Under the pieces are notes generated by a model. It ran no database searches, had not been told where the DNA came from, and saw only the letters and a list, made by a program, of their open reading frames with translations. 37,282 nucleotides of DNA from a virus (Duplodnaviria > Caudoviricetes), in IMG/VR virus record IMGVR_UViG_3300014153_000004, positions 1 through 37,282 of that record. One strand, written 5' to 3'. Both the position numbers and the translations under genes were made by a program. Position 1 is the first letter of the stretch. Every line of letters starts with the position of its first letter. Shown here piece after piece: positions 24,471-33,948 of the stretch.

Positions 24471-24677
24471 TTACTCGATGACTGTCACGTTCGCGGCTTG
24501 GGGGCCGCGTTCGCCTTTTACAATCTCGAATTCCACTTTCTGGCCTTCCTTCAATTGCCGGTAGCCTTCGCCATTGATCGCACTGAAATGGACAAAAACA
24601 TCGGGACCTTTTTCGCGCCCGATAAAACCGAACCCTTTCTGCGCGGAAAACCATTTTGTGATTCCAGTTTCTCTCAT
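24471..24677 (-). CDS. csp: Cold-shock domain protein
   Basis: KWF..QKGFGFI (RNP1), DVFVHFSAI (RNP2), [20 protein letters not shown]. Confidence 0.95.
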   Translation of the reverse strand: MRETGITKWFSAQKGFGFIGREKGPDVFVHFSAINGEGYRQLKEGQKVEFEIVKGERGPQAANVTVIE

Positions 24678-25129
24678 GCAGCTCTCCTTCGCAATCTCTT
24701 AAATTCCTTTGCTTTTTCTCGTCTGCATTTTAAGCAATCACGCCACCTTGGATGGTCCGGCCTATGATATGTATTTGCAGGAACAAATTCATGGCCGTTG
24801 GGACAATGTGTCTTTCTAAAATTTCTAGCGGAGCGGCCATTGCCTCTTAGAATGTTGATCCTCATAGTGACCGGCTCAAGATGGTTTGGATTACAACATC
24901 TGGGAACTCTACACAAATGATCCAATGTTAATCCTTCAGGTATAGGCTCTCGAAGTAGACTCCAGATGAACTTATGGGCTTCCCACTTTTTATAATGGAC
25001 TGTGATTTGTCCATAGCCATGACCATTAGGAGCCGTGTTTAGAAGCCAACAATCACTTTTCAAACTGGAAATTGGACATTTCACTGGGACGATTTTACGG
25101 CGGACAAAATCTGGAAGTCGTTCAAGCAT
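24674..25129 (-). CDS. HNH homing endonuclease
   Basis: CW...GYG...AH...[22 protein letters not shown]; KTHCPNGH zinc finger. Confidence 0.9.
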   Translation of the reverse strand: MLERLPDFVRRKIVPVKCPISSLKSDCWLLNTAPNGHGYGQITVHYKKWEAHKFIWSLLREPIPEGLTLDHLCRVPRCCNPNHLEPVTMRINILRGNGRSARNFRKTHCPNGHEFVPANTYHRPDHPRWRDCLKCRREKAKEFKRLRRRAA

Positions 25130-25622
25130 TCATTGATCCCGAACTGTCTGGCGGATTATAGTCCACAACCTCCCAAGAAGTATAGGGAGATAAATTATGG
25201 ACAGCTCCCTCCAACGCTTGACGCACGCCAGGTGCATCAAGGTTTAGCGAAACGTGAATGATACTCGATCCATCCACTGAGTGTTCAAAAATCACCTCGT
25301 GGAAAGGAATCGTGGGACTCGTGCGAATCCAGTCAAAAACCGCACGCACTGAGAGCATTGTCCCAAAAGTCGTGTTGAAGGTGAAGTCGGCCGCTATCTT
25401 CCGCGGCGTCCAGATGTGCTCGCTGTCTTTCACGCCATGCGTGGCGGTGTTGGTTGCCACTGAACGATATCCACTCGTGATCTCTAGAGGCCGATGGATG
25501 AACGCGCGAACTGGCTCCAAGATTTCCGCGCAGAATTGACGAAGCAGAGGCAAGCAATCATCGGGGATCGTGGTGCCATGCTCGAATTCAGAAACATCGA
25601 AGTGAGCGCTTACGTTTCCCAT
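25122..25622 (-). CDS. Endolysin, peptidase M15 family
   Basis: HF..SEF, ILEPVR, ITSGYRS..N, SEH, AADF, IHVS. Confidence 0.85.
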   Translation of the reverse strand: MGNVSAHFDVSEFEHGTTIPDDCLPLLRQFCAEILEPVRAFIHRPLEITSGYRSVATNTATHGVKDSEHIWTPRKIAADFTFNTTFGTMLSVRAVFDWIRTSPTIPFHEVIFEHSVDGSSIIHVSLNLDAPGVRQALEGAVHNLSPYTSWEVVDYNPPDSSGSMNA

Positions 25623-25628
25623 TTTCTT

Positions 25629-25943
25629 TCACTTCCTACTGGATTCGTCAGGCAACATCGGGCAACGCAATGAGACTGCCACAGATTCTAGATGCTCCAG
25701 CCGCTTTTCTGCGATGTCCACAAGGGTTGTGAGCTTGACGTTGGTTTTTTCTATCTCGCGAAGCAACGTATCGCGGTCATCGGCTTCGCCTTCGTGGATC
25801 TCCTTCCATCGCTTGAGTTCCTTGATATCTGCGGTGGCGGTACGTGCATCCACCAAGCGCGCGATGATCCACGCGCACGCGACGATTCCCCAAGTGAGAA
25901 CATTGCCTATATCGAAGTGCCAGAAAGGTTGTCCTTGTATCAC
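25629..25943 (-). CDS. Single-TM plus coiled-coil protein (holin/antiholin-like)
   Basis: GTG overlaps upstream TGA with SD AGGAG; GNVLTWGIVACAWII then heptads. Confidence 0.65.
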   Translation of the reverse strand: MIQGQPFWHFDIGNVLTWGIVACAWIIARLVDARTATADIKELKRWKEIHEGEADDRDTLLREIEKTNVKLTTLVDIAEKRLEHLESVAVSLRCPMLPDESSRK

Positions 25944-26368
25944 GGATGATTGGCTCCTGAAGGTGGGGGCGTTGTGACTGGCGCCGTTGAAGCGGGCGGA
26001 ACTAATGTCGGTTGATTTTTGCCGTTCGCAGGGATGCTCTCGGGCGTACTTGGAGCAGCGCCGTTGCCATTGCTCGTAGCCTTCGCGCCGATCGCGCCCA
26101 GGAACGCACCATTCACAGCGGAAAGAATTCCCACGATGGTGGTCTGGAGTTGCGCGTCGAACATTTTCCAGAAGTGAATCAGCAGGAGCAGCACTAAACC
26201 GTCTGAGACCCAAAGAAGCAGAAGCTGACCGCCCTTGGATTCAAAACTATCAAGAAACGCTTGCCACGCTGTGATGCTCGGGAACTTATGAAATCCGATG
26301 ATGTAAAACGCGAAGAACACAGCGAGGATGATCAGATAATTTGCTTCAAACCATTGTAGGAAATTCAT
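25940..26368 (-). CDS. Holin-like three-TM protein
   Basis: Three hydrophobic helices; Pro/Ser/Thr tail; upstream of endolysin. Confidence 0.65.
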   Translation of the reverse strand: MNFLQWFEANYLIILAVFFAFYIIGFHKFPSITAWQAFLDSFESKGGQLLLLWVSDGLVLLLLIHFWKMFDAQLQTTIVGILSAVNGAFLGAIGAKATSNGNGAAPSTPESIPANGKNQPTLVPPASTAPVTTPPPSGANHP

Positions 26369-26538
26369 TTCGTACCTTTCTTGGAACGACGAACACAATC
26401 ACAATCTGGACCTTGGCAGTTCTTGTGCGGTTTCACGCGCACTTCAGCCACCACGTAGGGAATCTGGATGATATTGGTAACTACGAGGCCGCTTTTCGTT
26501 ATCGTAGGCACCGCAAAACTCCAGATTCCCACTTTCAT
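26365..26538 (-). CDS. 57-aa hypothetical protein (not in ORF track)
   Basis: MKVGIWSFAVPTITKSG...HKNCQGPDCDCVRRSKKGTK; stop overlaps holin ATG. Confidence 0.5.
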   Translation of the reverse strand: MKVGIWSFAVPTITKSGLVVTNIIQIPYVVAEVRVKPHKNCQGPDCDCVRRSKKGTK

Positions 26539-26588
26539 CGCGTCATAGTCCCCACCACCAGCACCAAAAAGCGTACCACTTGCATTTC

Positions 26589-27035
26589 TTAATTGGAGGT
26601 GATGGACACGACTGGGGCGGCTGGCACACCGGGAAAGGTAGCGGAAACTTCGTTAGAGGGCACGCTTGGCGACGTGATCCCCGACGCAGTTTCCACCGCC
26701 TCAACATAGTAAAAATAGCTCTGAATCGAACTCGTCAGCGTGATCGCGTCCGTATATGTCAACGCCGTGAGAGGCGTCGAATTGAGCGGAGTTGAGGATT
26801 CTGCTCCCGCTGCTGTGCCCTTGAAGACATTGTAAGCGAACGTGCAGTTCGGTGCTACGCAAGCCGCTGCGCTCGTAGACGCGACCCATGTGAGCACAAC
26901 CGCATGACCCGTAGGCGGGGGAAGCATCGCGCTCGGAAGCGGGGGAAGCGGAAGAGGTTCCATTGCTGGAGCCGCTGCCACGATCCCGCCGAACAGCAAT
27001 AACGCGAGAACCATCACAACAATCTTGCTTTTCAT
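26589..27035 (-). CDS. Secreted fibronectin-III-like protein
   Basis: Signal peptide, Pro linker, VVLTWVAS...YNVFKGT...YTD...YFYYVEAV...S.PSNEV. Confidence 0.75.
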   Translation of the reverse strand: MKSKIVVMVLALLLFGGIVAAAPAMEPLPLPPLPSAMLPPPTGHAVVLTWVASTSAAACVAPNCTFAYNVFKGTAAGAESSTPLNSTPLTALTYTDAITLTSSIQSYFYYVEAVETASGITSPSVPSNEVSATFPGVPAAPVVSITSN

Positions 27036-27051
27036 TGAGAGTCTCCTTTTC

Positions 27052-28947
27052 TTAAAATCTGAATCTAAAATCGTAACCGAGGCCGCTACTGCCCGAGATA
27101 TTCGTCGTCGCTGAAAAGTTTACACCAGTGATGTCCGACCCGCTAATCGTTTCGCTTCTGCTGGTGGGCGAGAAGGTGTAGCCGGTCTTGGATGGAGTAA
27201 TTACGTAGCTGCCGAATGGAAGCAACGCTTCGCCTGTGTTGTAGTTGCCCGAGCCATCCGCAGTCACAGAGCCAGTCGAGTCACCCGTCCACGAAACTGT
27301 GGCTCCTGCGCCGCCTGCGCCCAATGCACCTTGTATCCCATTATCAGGGGCAGCTTGAAAGCCACCGGCGCTCCACGCGCTAATCTGGGCATCCGCTACA
27401 TCGGTATTTGATTGGATTGTTATACCCGGAGCGCCGCTCGCGATATTCGTATCCGTTGCCTGGGTAAACAAGAAACCTGGAGCCGCAGTCCCAGAAGGCG
27501 TCCAGTAAACATAGAGATTCGAGCCTACAACGGCTAAAGTAAAACTATCTCCGACATTTGCAGTTATAGTCCCCGAAGTCAAAGCATTGTAAGTGCCATT
27601 CACATACCTTTGCAGCGCCCACTGTCCGCTGTTCCCTAAGCTGCCACCATTGGCATACCAGTAAAACAAATAGTAGGTTGGGGTGTTGGTCCCACTGGCG
27701 GTTGCTCTTACAACAAGCCCAACTATAGAAACTCCCGTGCACGTCTTAACTACTGCTGTTGCCCACTGGTCATTGGGAAAGCTGCCGACATTGTAAAGGG
27801 CGGAACAGTTGGTGTTTGCAGCACCGGGTTGAACGTTGCCCGTGGAAAAAGCGAGAGAACTTCCCGCCCAATTGCCCGTTGTACCCAACATTGTCCAATT
27901 TGTGTCGCCGCTTGCAAAGGAGTCTGAGGCAATCGTCGTCAGGTTCAAATTAGAACCGGGAATGGGGACATTCAACACGCCTTCATAGCCCGTCACCAAC
28001 TGCGCTAGTGTTACGCCCGATGCAATATCACAAGCAATGCCACGTGATGCGCCGAGAACTGTTACCGTGTAATAAAGATATGTGCTTCCATTTACCTCTA
28101 AAATAGTCGGGTCAACGGGACAAGTATTTACGCCGCCAGAAATGAGTTCAGTCTCAAGAACGCTGTAACAAGTTGAAGTCGGCGTTTGTGTCCAAGGGCC
28201 GTTCGGGTTTGTGGCTTCAAAGCGGAACAGGGGGGAGTTCCAAAGAGTAGCTTGACGGGCTGCAGTATGGGGGTCATTAGGAAGTGGCGCACTTGACCAA
28301 CCATAGTACTTGCTGCCGACTTTAGCAAAACAGAAATTGGATGTGGAAACTTGAATGATGGGATTGTGCGCGTTGTCCTTCGTCCAGTTGACACCGTCCG
28401 AAGATGTGGCCAAACCCATATAAAACCAAGTCCACGGATCGCCGGAAGGATAGTTCGGACCAATCCCCGAGTAATAACCATACCAAGTGGTGGTGCTTCC
28501 AACCGTGATAACATCAACGACGTTCAGTTGAGTGACAAGACCACCCTCCCAAGTTTGGTTTGCGACGATGGCATTCGCTTTCGCAAGAGTCCAAGTAATG
28601 CCTGCACCGGCACCGGTGGCAGGAGATGTGTAAACATCAATAGCAGGACTCCCTACATATAAATAGTAGGTGCTGCCATTCTTGTAGACGTGGGGATAGG
28701 AGACATTGGTTCCCGACGCGAGCACGGGATTGCCGGAACCCGCCGTATACTGTGTCCAAGTCACACCATCGTTGGATTCAGCGTAGTAAATGCCGAAAGG
28801 ACCATACCACATCTTGAAGATCTTACCGTCACCGTTGGCAGACAGAATCTGGGGGTTGGTATCATAGAGGACTGTAGGATTTCCTGCAGCACCGCCGACA
28901 CCACTGATAACGATACCTTGCGGAGTCCATGTGTTGAATGACATCAA
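27052..28947 (-). CDS. Receptor-binding/depolymerase-like protein: glycosidase-type beta-propeller, lectin-like sandwich, Ig-like C-domain
   Basis: Repeated Asp-box/propeller motifs (YAESNDGVTW, ATSSDGVNW..NPI, VDPTI); YVITPSKTGYTFSP...ITGVNF. Confidence 0.65.
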   Translation of the reverse strand: MMSFNTWTPQGIVISGVGGAAGNPTVLYDTNPQILSANGDGKIFKMWYGPFGIYYAESNDGVTWTQYTAGSGNPVLASGTNVSYPHVYKNGSTYYLYVGSPAIDVYTSPATGAGAGITWTLAKANAIVANQTWEGGLVTQLNVVDVITVGSTTTWYGYYSGIGPNYPSGDPWTWFYMGLATSSDGVNWTKDNAHNPIIQVSTSNFCFAKVGSKYYGWSSAPLPNDPHTAARQATLWNSPLFRFEATNPNGPWTQTPTSTCYSVLETELISGGVNTCPVDPTILEVNGSTYLYYTVTVLGASRGIACDIASGVTLAQLVTGYEGVLNVPIPGSNLNLTTIASDSFASGDTNWTMLGTTGNWAGSSLAFSTGNVQPGAANTNCSALYNVGSFPNDQWATAVVKTCTGVSIVGLVVRATASGTNTPTYYLFYWYANGGSLGNSGQWALQRYVNGTYNALTSGTITANVGDSFTLAVVGSNLYVYWTPSGTAAPGFLFTQATDTNIASGAPGITIQSNTDVADAQISAWSAGGFQAAPDNGIQGALGAGGAGATVSWTGDSTGSVTADGSGNYNTGEALLPFGSYVITPSKTGYTFSPTSRSETISGSDITGVNFSATTNISGSSGLGYDFRFRF

Positions 28948-29015
28948 AACACCTCAAGCATCAGCGCACTGTACGTGAGAGCGGAGATAACGGGATTCGG
29001 CATCAGCGCGAGCCG

Positions 29016-29078
29016 CTACGACAACAAAATTTTCCCGATGATCGTGGGCACTGTTCCGCCACCAGTAGCGGTGACATT
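29016..29078 (-). pseudogene. Stranded duplicate 3' end of gene 29484..30170
   Basis: NVTATGGGTVPTIIGKILLS* versus NITATTGGTVPTIIAKILLA*; 16/20 aa identical. Confidence 0.9.
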
Positions 29079-29473
29079 CAATTGATCCTCGCCCAATGTT
29101 CATACACCCTACAAATCCAATCTCGAAAATCAGATTGGGTTGTCTTCAACTTGGCCTTATTACATGTTTCACAACACGGAACACAATTGCCCAGAACATA
29201 TCCTTTAGTGCTATCGATACGATCAATTCCGTACCCTGTTTCTGGGAGTGTTCCACCGCAATACTCACAGGGCTTGCTTCGTAATTTTTTAAATTCTTCA
29301 AGCGACAAACCGAGTTCTATTCCGCGCTTCTTCGCCCAATAGACCAAACATGAATACCGGACGCCATCTTTGCGCGAATTCTTATATTGCGCCAGACGCG
29401 CTCTCTCTGGATGACGAAGGCGCCATCTCTTCGCTCTGATGCAATCATCTTTTCTGCGTTCTGCAAGTGTCAT
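29078..29473 (-). CDS. HNH-type homing endonuclease
   Basis: AKKRGIEL.LS.EEF..L...CEYCG...GIDRIDSTKGYVLGNCVPCCETCNKAK. Confidence 0.85.
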   Translation of the reverse strand: MTLAERRKDDCIRAKRWRLRHPERARLAQYKNSRKDGVRYSCLVYWAKKRGIELGLSLEEFKKLRSKPCEYCGGTLPETGYGIDRIDSTKGYVLGNCVPCCETCNKAKLKTTQSDFRDWICRVYEHWARIN

Positions 29474-29483
29474 CTTGGAACCC

Positions 29484-30170
29484 TTACGCTAGGAGTATTT
29501 TCGCAATGATGGTTGGGACGGTCCCTCCCGTCGTTGCCGTAATGTTTACCCTTAGAAAATTGACAAGGTTCGGCACTTGTGCGACCGTCTCCACCCAGCC
29601 GGAAGCGGTGGTCTTGGAAGTGCCGATGATGGTGTACTCGCCATCCACATCATTCACAGCGCCTTCGAGTTGAATCGCGATGGTGGACGGCGCGGAAACG
29701 CAATCATAGGCCCACGTGATTCCGTAGCCTCTCCCGATGGTGTTCTGGATCGCGAAGGCGCGGCTCGCGATGGCTGAGAGCGCTTCTGGAACTTCGGGCA
29801 CTGCAACATAGGCCATTCCCGTATCCGCTGTTGTGAGTTGAGCGCCCGCTGTCGCAGCATACGTGACTGTGCCTTTTCCCGTGAGCGCGGTGATCGTCAC
29901 GGAGGCGAGTGCAACATTCGCTACGTTCGCGGCACCGCTGTCCGTGGTCGTGTTCACGACAGTGATGAGATCCCCAACTGCGGGGATATAGCCGTCCATG
30001 ATCGTGACGCCAAGTGTAATCACATTGGCCGCGGCCGCCACCGAAGTGACGCTCATCTTCACGGTGGGACACGAAGTGTTCTTGCTCCCGAAAGCGTAGG
30101 CTGGCTGCCCGGGGATGAGCATCTGGACTGGCGTGTTCGTGGTGGCCGGGCGAGTAATATAAGCGGGCAT
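29484..30170 (-). CDS. Thr/Ala/Val-rich virion structural protein
   Basis: Beta-rich composition; SD GAGGAGG; late block. Confidence 0.65.
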   Translation of the reverse strand: MPAYITRPATTNTPVQMLIPGQPAYAFGSKNTSCPTVKMSVTSVAAAANVITLGVTIMDGYIPAVGDLITVVNTTTDSGAANVANVALASVTITALTGKGTVTYAATAGAQLTTADTGMAYVAVPEVPEALSAIASRAFAIQNTIGRGYGITWAYDCVSAPSTIAIQLEGAVNDVDGEYTIIGTSKTTASGWVETVAQVPNLVNFLRVNITATTGGTVPTIIAKILLA

Positions 30171-30182
30171 TTGAATTCCTCC

Positions 30183-30551
30183 TCAGTCGTGAATCGCGAT
30201 AGTGTGCAGTGTGATGACATCACCGGGAGTGGTCGCACCATTCACATAGATTTGAGCGGTCATTCCACTTGCGGTGACAAGATGATTTTCGCCTGGACTC
30301 ACAGCGTTGATTACGTCCAGCGCTGCGCTATTCGTGATGGCTTGAGATATCGTGTAATTTGTGTCTGCAAAAGGGATCGGAAAAACGATGGGGATGTTCG
30401 CGTAGCCGTTATTTATGTCCGTCTGCGTGATGGTATAGGTAGTGCGAACAGTCTGAATCAGTCCAGAGGGACCATAGATGGAATCATTCGGAGTGATCCC
30501 GCGGTTTGTCGAGGCTCCCCAGATAATCGGTTGAAGCGTTGCGCCAGCCAT
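30183..30551 (-). CDS. Virion structural/fibre-associated protein
   Basis: IVFPIPFADTNYTI motif typical of tail-fibre (H-lectin/gp53-like) domains; SD GGAGG. Confidence 0.6.
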   Translation of the reverse strand: MAGATLQPIIWGASTNRGITPNDSIYGPSGLIQTVRTTYTITQTDINNGYANIPIVFPIPFADTNYTISQAITNSAALDVINAVSPGENHLVTASGMTAQIYVNGATTPGDVITLHTIAIHD

Positions 30552-30605
30552 GAATCCTCCAAAAGCGAGAGATCACGTGCGCTGCCCGACTTCAACGCCT
30601 TGCGA

Positions 30606-31565
30606 TTAGGAAGATAGCACAATTTCCGCTTCACGGGGAAGATTTACAGAGTTCACCTTCCGCGGAAGACTGCCGATGGAAAGTTCCGAAGTAAATTCAC
30701 TGCTCCAGCCATCTGGAAGTGTCACGCGATATTTGAACTGGCGCGGCAGAAGTTCGTGGCCGATCTCGCGTTCCACATTACTGCGCTCCATGACACTTGC
30801 GCGCCAGTAGGGATCATGGGCAAAGCATTCCACTTTGGCCACGCGACTCGCGAAGGTCGGACAGTCATCGAAGAAAGCCTCGTACTGAATGAATCCCCCG
30901 CGGTTGTAACCGCCCCAGCCCTGATGTTGGACCTTCGCTGTCGCGCACCAAGCGACTTGGAGTTTCTCTTTCATGATGATGCGCTGCAGGAGCCCGTCAA
31001 GCTCGTAATGAACCACATCGGGATAAAGTTTGTTGATCGGATTCTCGGGGAAGTTCTCCGCAACGTACTTCCACATATCCGCGTAGTAGAGCGGCCCGAG
31101 GTAGGGCACCACCAGCGCAAGTTTCTCGCGGCGAATCGAGAATTGCGGTATATATATCCAGGGCACGAAGTATATATCTTCAGTGAACGGCATGTGGTGA
31201 TTGAACACCCATCCGCACGTGCAGAAAATATCGTCCCACTCTTCGTGCGTTGCGCGAGTCCACGCAAGAAGATCCGGCTTGGCAAAGGCATCATCTTCCA
31301 CGTAATGCACGAGTTCAAATCCCGCGTTGTATGCGAAACGCAGAGCTTCTCCAGCGTTGAAGGAGTTCCCGAGGAACTCGTGCTTCGGTTGAAGGATGAG
31401 TGTCGCCCCAAATTTTTGGCAGATTTCTTCCAGTTCAGGACTTGTCTCGCCGCGGTCGGAGAACACCACGATAGGCACGTCGCTGTCCTGACCGCGCAGC
31501 CGACGAAGACAACCGTGGAGAAGTTCTGGCCGGCGATATGTGGGCACCACACAACATTCTTTCAT
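30606..31565 (-). CDS. Glycosyltransferase (GT-A/GT2-like)
   Basis: VVPTYRRPELLHGCL, VVFSD, YVEDD. Confidence 0.85.
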   Translation of the reverse strand: MKECCVVPTYRRPELLHGCLRRLRGQDSDVPIVVFSDRGETSPELEEICQKFGATLILQPKHEFLGNSFNAGEALRFAYNAGFELVHYVEDDAFAKPDLLAWTRATHEEWDDIFCTCGWVFNHHMPFTEDIYFVPWIYIPQFSIRREKLALVVPYLGPLYYADMWKYVAENFPENPINKLYPDVVHYELDGLLQRIIMKEKLQVAWCATAKVQHQGWGGYNRGGFIQYEAFFDDCPTFASRVAKVECFAHDPYWRASVMERSNVEREIGHELLPRQFKYRVTLPDGWSSEFTSELSIGSLPRKVNSVNLPREAEIVLSS

Positions 31566-32326
31566 TTTGCCTCCAAGTACAGCGCCTCGTAACGCTTAAG
31601 ATCCTGAGACCAATATCCAGTCATGAGGAATAGTCTATCCATCCGCTGGATCACTTGATCGTGCAATTCCTGAGGAGTCCAAGGGTGAAGTTCCACGTAC
31701 ATGAATTTCACTTGCTTGAGTTTCTCTTCCGACACGGACATCAGTATCTCGGCCTCGCCGCCCTCAATGTCCATCTTGATGCAGTCCCAAATCTTGTCTC
31801 CGAGGGCTTCGTCAAAGGACAGGCACGGAACTTCAATAAATTCGATGGTTCCCGGCAGATCGTGAACCCCTGGGCAGGAAGCCCTTCCGTTATGCCAGAT
31901 GATTTCGCTGCCCTCATCAGGAACGGTATGGCTCTCGAAGCGGACGGTGCCACTTCGCGTGTAGATAGCAACACAGCGCGCTTCCACTTTAGGAAATTGA
32001 CGGACCACCGTTTCCAAAACGCGATAGGTAGAGGGATCGCATTCATAAGCTGTCACCAAAGCGCCGTTCGCCGCGCAGAAGGCGGTGTAGATGCCCACGT
32101 TGGCTCCGACATCCATCACGCGCTTACCAGGCGCGGGCTTGAAGAGCTTATTGGCTGGTGCCCAAGTCCTAGAATCTCCTAGCACGATTTCCCGCACCAT
32201 GTGATAGTTGTTCGTCACGTCCATGGCCTTGGTGAACTCGGGATGCTCCGTTGCGATCCGTGCCCAGACTGAATCTCTATCCCTTGATTGTTCTTCTCGC
32301 AAGCATCCTCCCGGCCGCGCCGGCAA
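31562..32326 (-). CDS. FkbM-family methyltransferase
   Basis: VMDVGANVG, IKMDIEGGE, YVELH. Confidence 0.9.
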   Translation of the reverse strand: MPARPGGCLREEQSRDRDSVWARIATEHPEFTKAMDVTNNYHMVREIVLGDSRTWAPANKLFKPAPGKRVMDVGANVGIYTAFCAANGALVTAYECDPSTYRVLETVVRQFPKVEARCVAIYTRSGTVRFESHTVPDEGSEIIWHNGRASCPGVHDLPGTIEFIEVPCLSFDEALGDKIWDCIKMDIEGGEAEILMSVSEEKLKQVKFMYVELHPWTPQELHDQVIQRMDRLFLMTGYWSQDLKRYEALYLEAK

Positions 32327-33239
32327 GCGCTATGTGTTTGTCGCGGCATTTCAGCAAACGGGCCACCCATTGGGGATTGTCTTCGGTTTTGCTTTTCTCT
32401 TCGCACTTGCCCGCCCATCCTCTCGCCCACTCGATCTCCAGTGCCAATCGTTCTTGTTCGTTGTTGGCTGAGGATGCAGCGTTGCGGCGGTCAAATAAGG
32501 GGAACATGTCATCCAGTCCATATATCGGCTGCGTACCGTCCAGCTTGAGCGGGCCATAGTTGGCTACCGAAGGGCGCTCTCCCATCTCGATTTCATAGGT
32601 CAATGCCCACGCCAAGGCTACGTTGCTGAATCCCGTGTACTCCTCAAATGCGCCTCCGGTCGCTTCGTGAGCTTGATGAACGGCTTTCGCGTCTATTTGC
32701 ACCACGGGAATGCCGCGGCGATTGAGCAGCCAAACAAAGAAACTGTCTTCGCAGCCGTACCCGAAAAACTGTTCCTCGAAACCGCCCATGGCCTCGAATG
32801 TGCCACGCCTCAATGCCTGGGGCCTAGCACCTACGATCCCAGTGACGTAATGACCCTCGGGCATCTTGGCCTGGGCCACCGCTAGACAGTCCTGAGATCG
32901 AACGGTTTCCGCGAGTGGCGCAATAACGCTTCCTTCATGATAAGTTTCTCCATCGTGCATCACGAGAATGTCACCCGTTGACGCTTTCACGCCAAGGTTG
33001 CGCACCACAGCGATGCTCTGAAATGCCGGATAGTATTCGGCTCTAACGTGACGGACGTACTTTGCTCCATATTCACGCGCGATCTCTTCGGTGAGCCCAT
33101 CGTCATCGTCTTCCGCGACAACGATTTCCAAACCGGGATAGTTCTGCTCGTGAATTGATCGCAACGTGGGACCGAGTTGCTTGGCGCGATTGAAGCAGAG
33201 AAGAATTATGGAAACGCTAGAAAACGAGTCGATCATCAA
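32277..33239 (-). CDS. Glycosyltransferase family 2 (GT7C-like C-terminus)
   Basis: SIILLCFNR, EIVVAEDD, RNLGV..STGDILVMHDGE, MGGFEEQFFGYGCED. Confidence 0.9.
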   Translation of the reverse strand: MMIDSFSSVSIILLCFNRAKQLGPTLRSIHEQNYPGLEIVVAEDDDDGLTEEIAREYGAKYVRHVRAEYYPAFQSIAVVRNLGVKASTGDILVMHDGETYHEGSVIAPLAETVRSQDCLAVAQAKMPEGHYVTGIVGARPQALRRGTFEAMGGFEEQFFGYGCEDSFFVWLLNRRGIPVVQIDAKAVHQAHEATGGAFEEYTGFSNVALAWALTYEIEMGERPSVANYGPLKLDGTQPIYGLDDMFPLFDRRNAASSANNEQERLALEIEWARGWAGKCEEKSKTEDNPQWVARLLKCRDKHIALAGAAGRMLARRTIKG

Positions 33240-33948
33240 ATTTGCATTCCCCCGCCCGTCCGTTGCTATGCCCGCTTCGCCTCATATTCTGTCCCGTGCC
33301 CTCGGGGTCGTAGACCGTGAGCTTCCAATCTTCCCAGGCGCCATAGCAACAGGATGAATATATCGCGTCCTCGATGAAGGTGCGGCACTGTGGCGAAAAG
33401 TGCGCTTTCAATTTCGCGCGGTAGAAATCGGCTGAGGCGAGATGAGGCCGCTGGTGCCACTGATTGGTTTTTATCAGATACGGAGTCAAGTTGCCCAGCA
33501 TCATGTGCTGGTGATCGGGATGAATCGTTTCGTCATAGTGCAAACGGATATGGTTCGTCGCGTGGGAAGCGAGCATGCTTTTGAGCATATCCCAGTGGAT
33601 GAAAGCGTTCACGAGCGGCGTATCATGCTCGACAAAGAGTATATACGGAGCGGTCACGAGTTCCAGCGTCTTCATAGTCATGGCCGCTTGGTGCGTGAAC
33701 TCCTCGAAAGGCACCAGCGAGATATTCTTCCATTTGAACACGGAGAGTCCCACGAGGCGCTTGATGTATTCGAGATAAGCCGCTTCGCGATCTTTCTGCT
33801 CTTCGCGGAGGCCGTCCAGCATGATGTACACGCGCGACTCGGGAAGATGATAGCGAATCGAGGCCAACGTCTCTTCGATAATCGCCGTGCTCGGATGGCT
33901 GGGAATGACCGAGGAAGAGATGAGCACCGCTATGTCTTTGTCAGGCAT
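33217..33948 (-). CDS. Putative glycosyltransferase (GT-A)
   Basis: SSVIPSHPST.II, IMLDG, YILFVEHD; within the GT cluster. Confidence 0.7.
   Translation of the reverse strand: MPDKDIAVLISSSVIPSHPSTAIIEETLASIRYHLPESRVYIMLDGLREEQKDREAAYLEYIKRLVGLSVFKWKNISLVPFEEFTHQAAMTMKTLELVTAPYILFVEHDTPLVNAFIHWDMLKSMLASHATNHIRLHYDETIHPDHQHMMLGNLTPYLIKTNQWHQRPHLASADFYRAKLKAHFSPQCRTFIEDAIYSSCCYGAWEDWKLTVYDPEGTGQNMRRSGHSNGRAGECKFDDRLVF

Noticed and set aside
28958-29009. 10-bp direct repeat GCATCAGCGC x2
   Set aside because: Only two copies and no further support; not CRISPR-like
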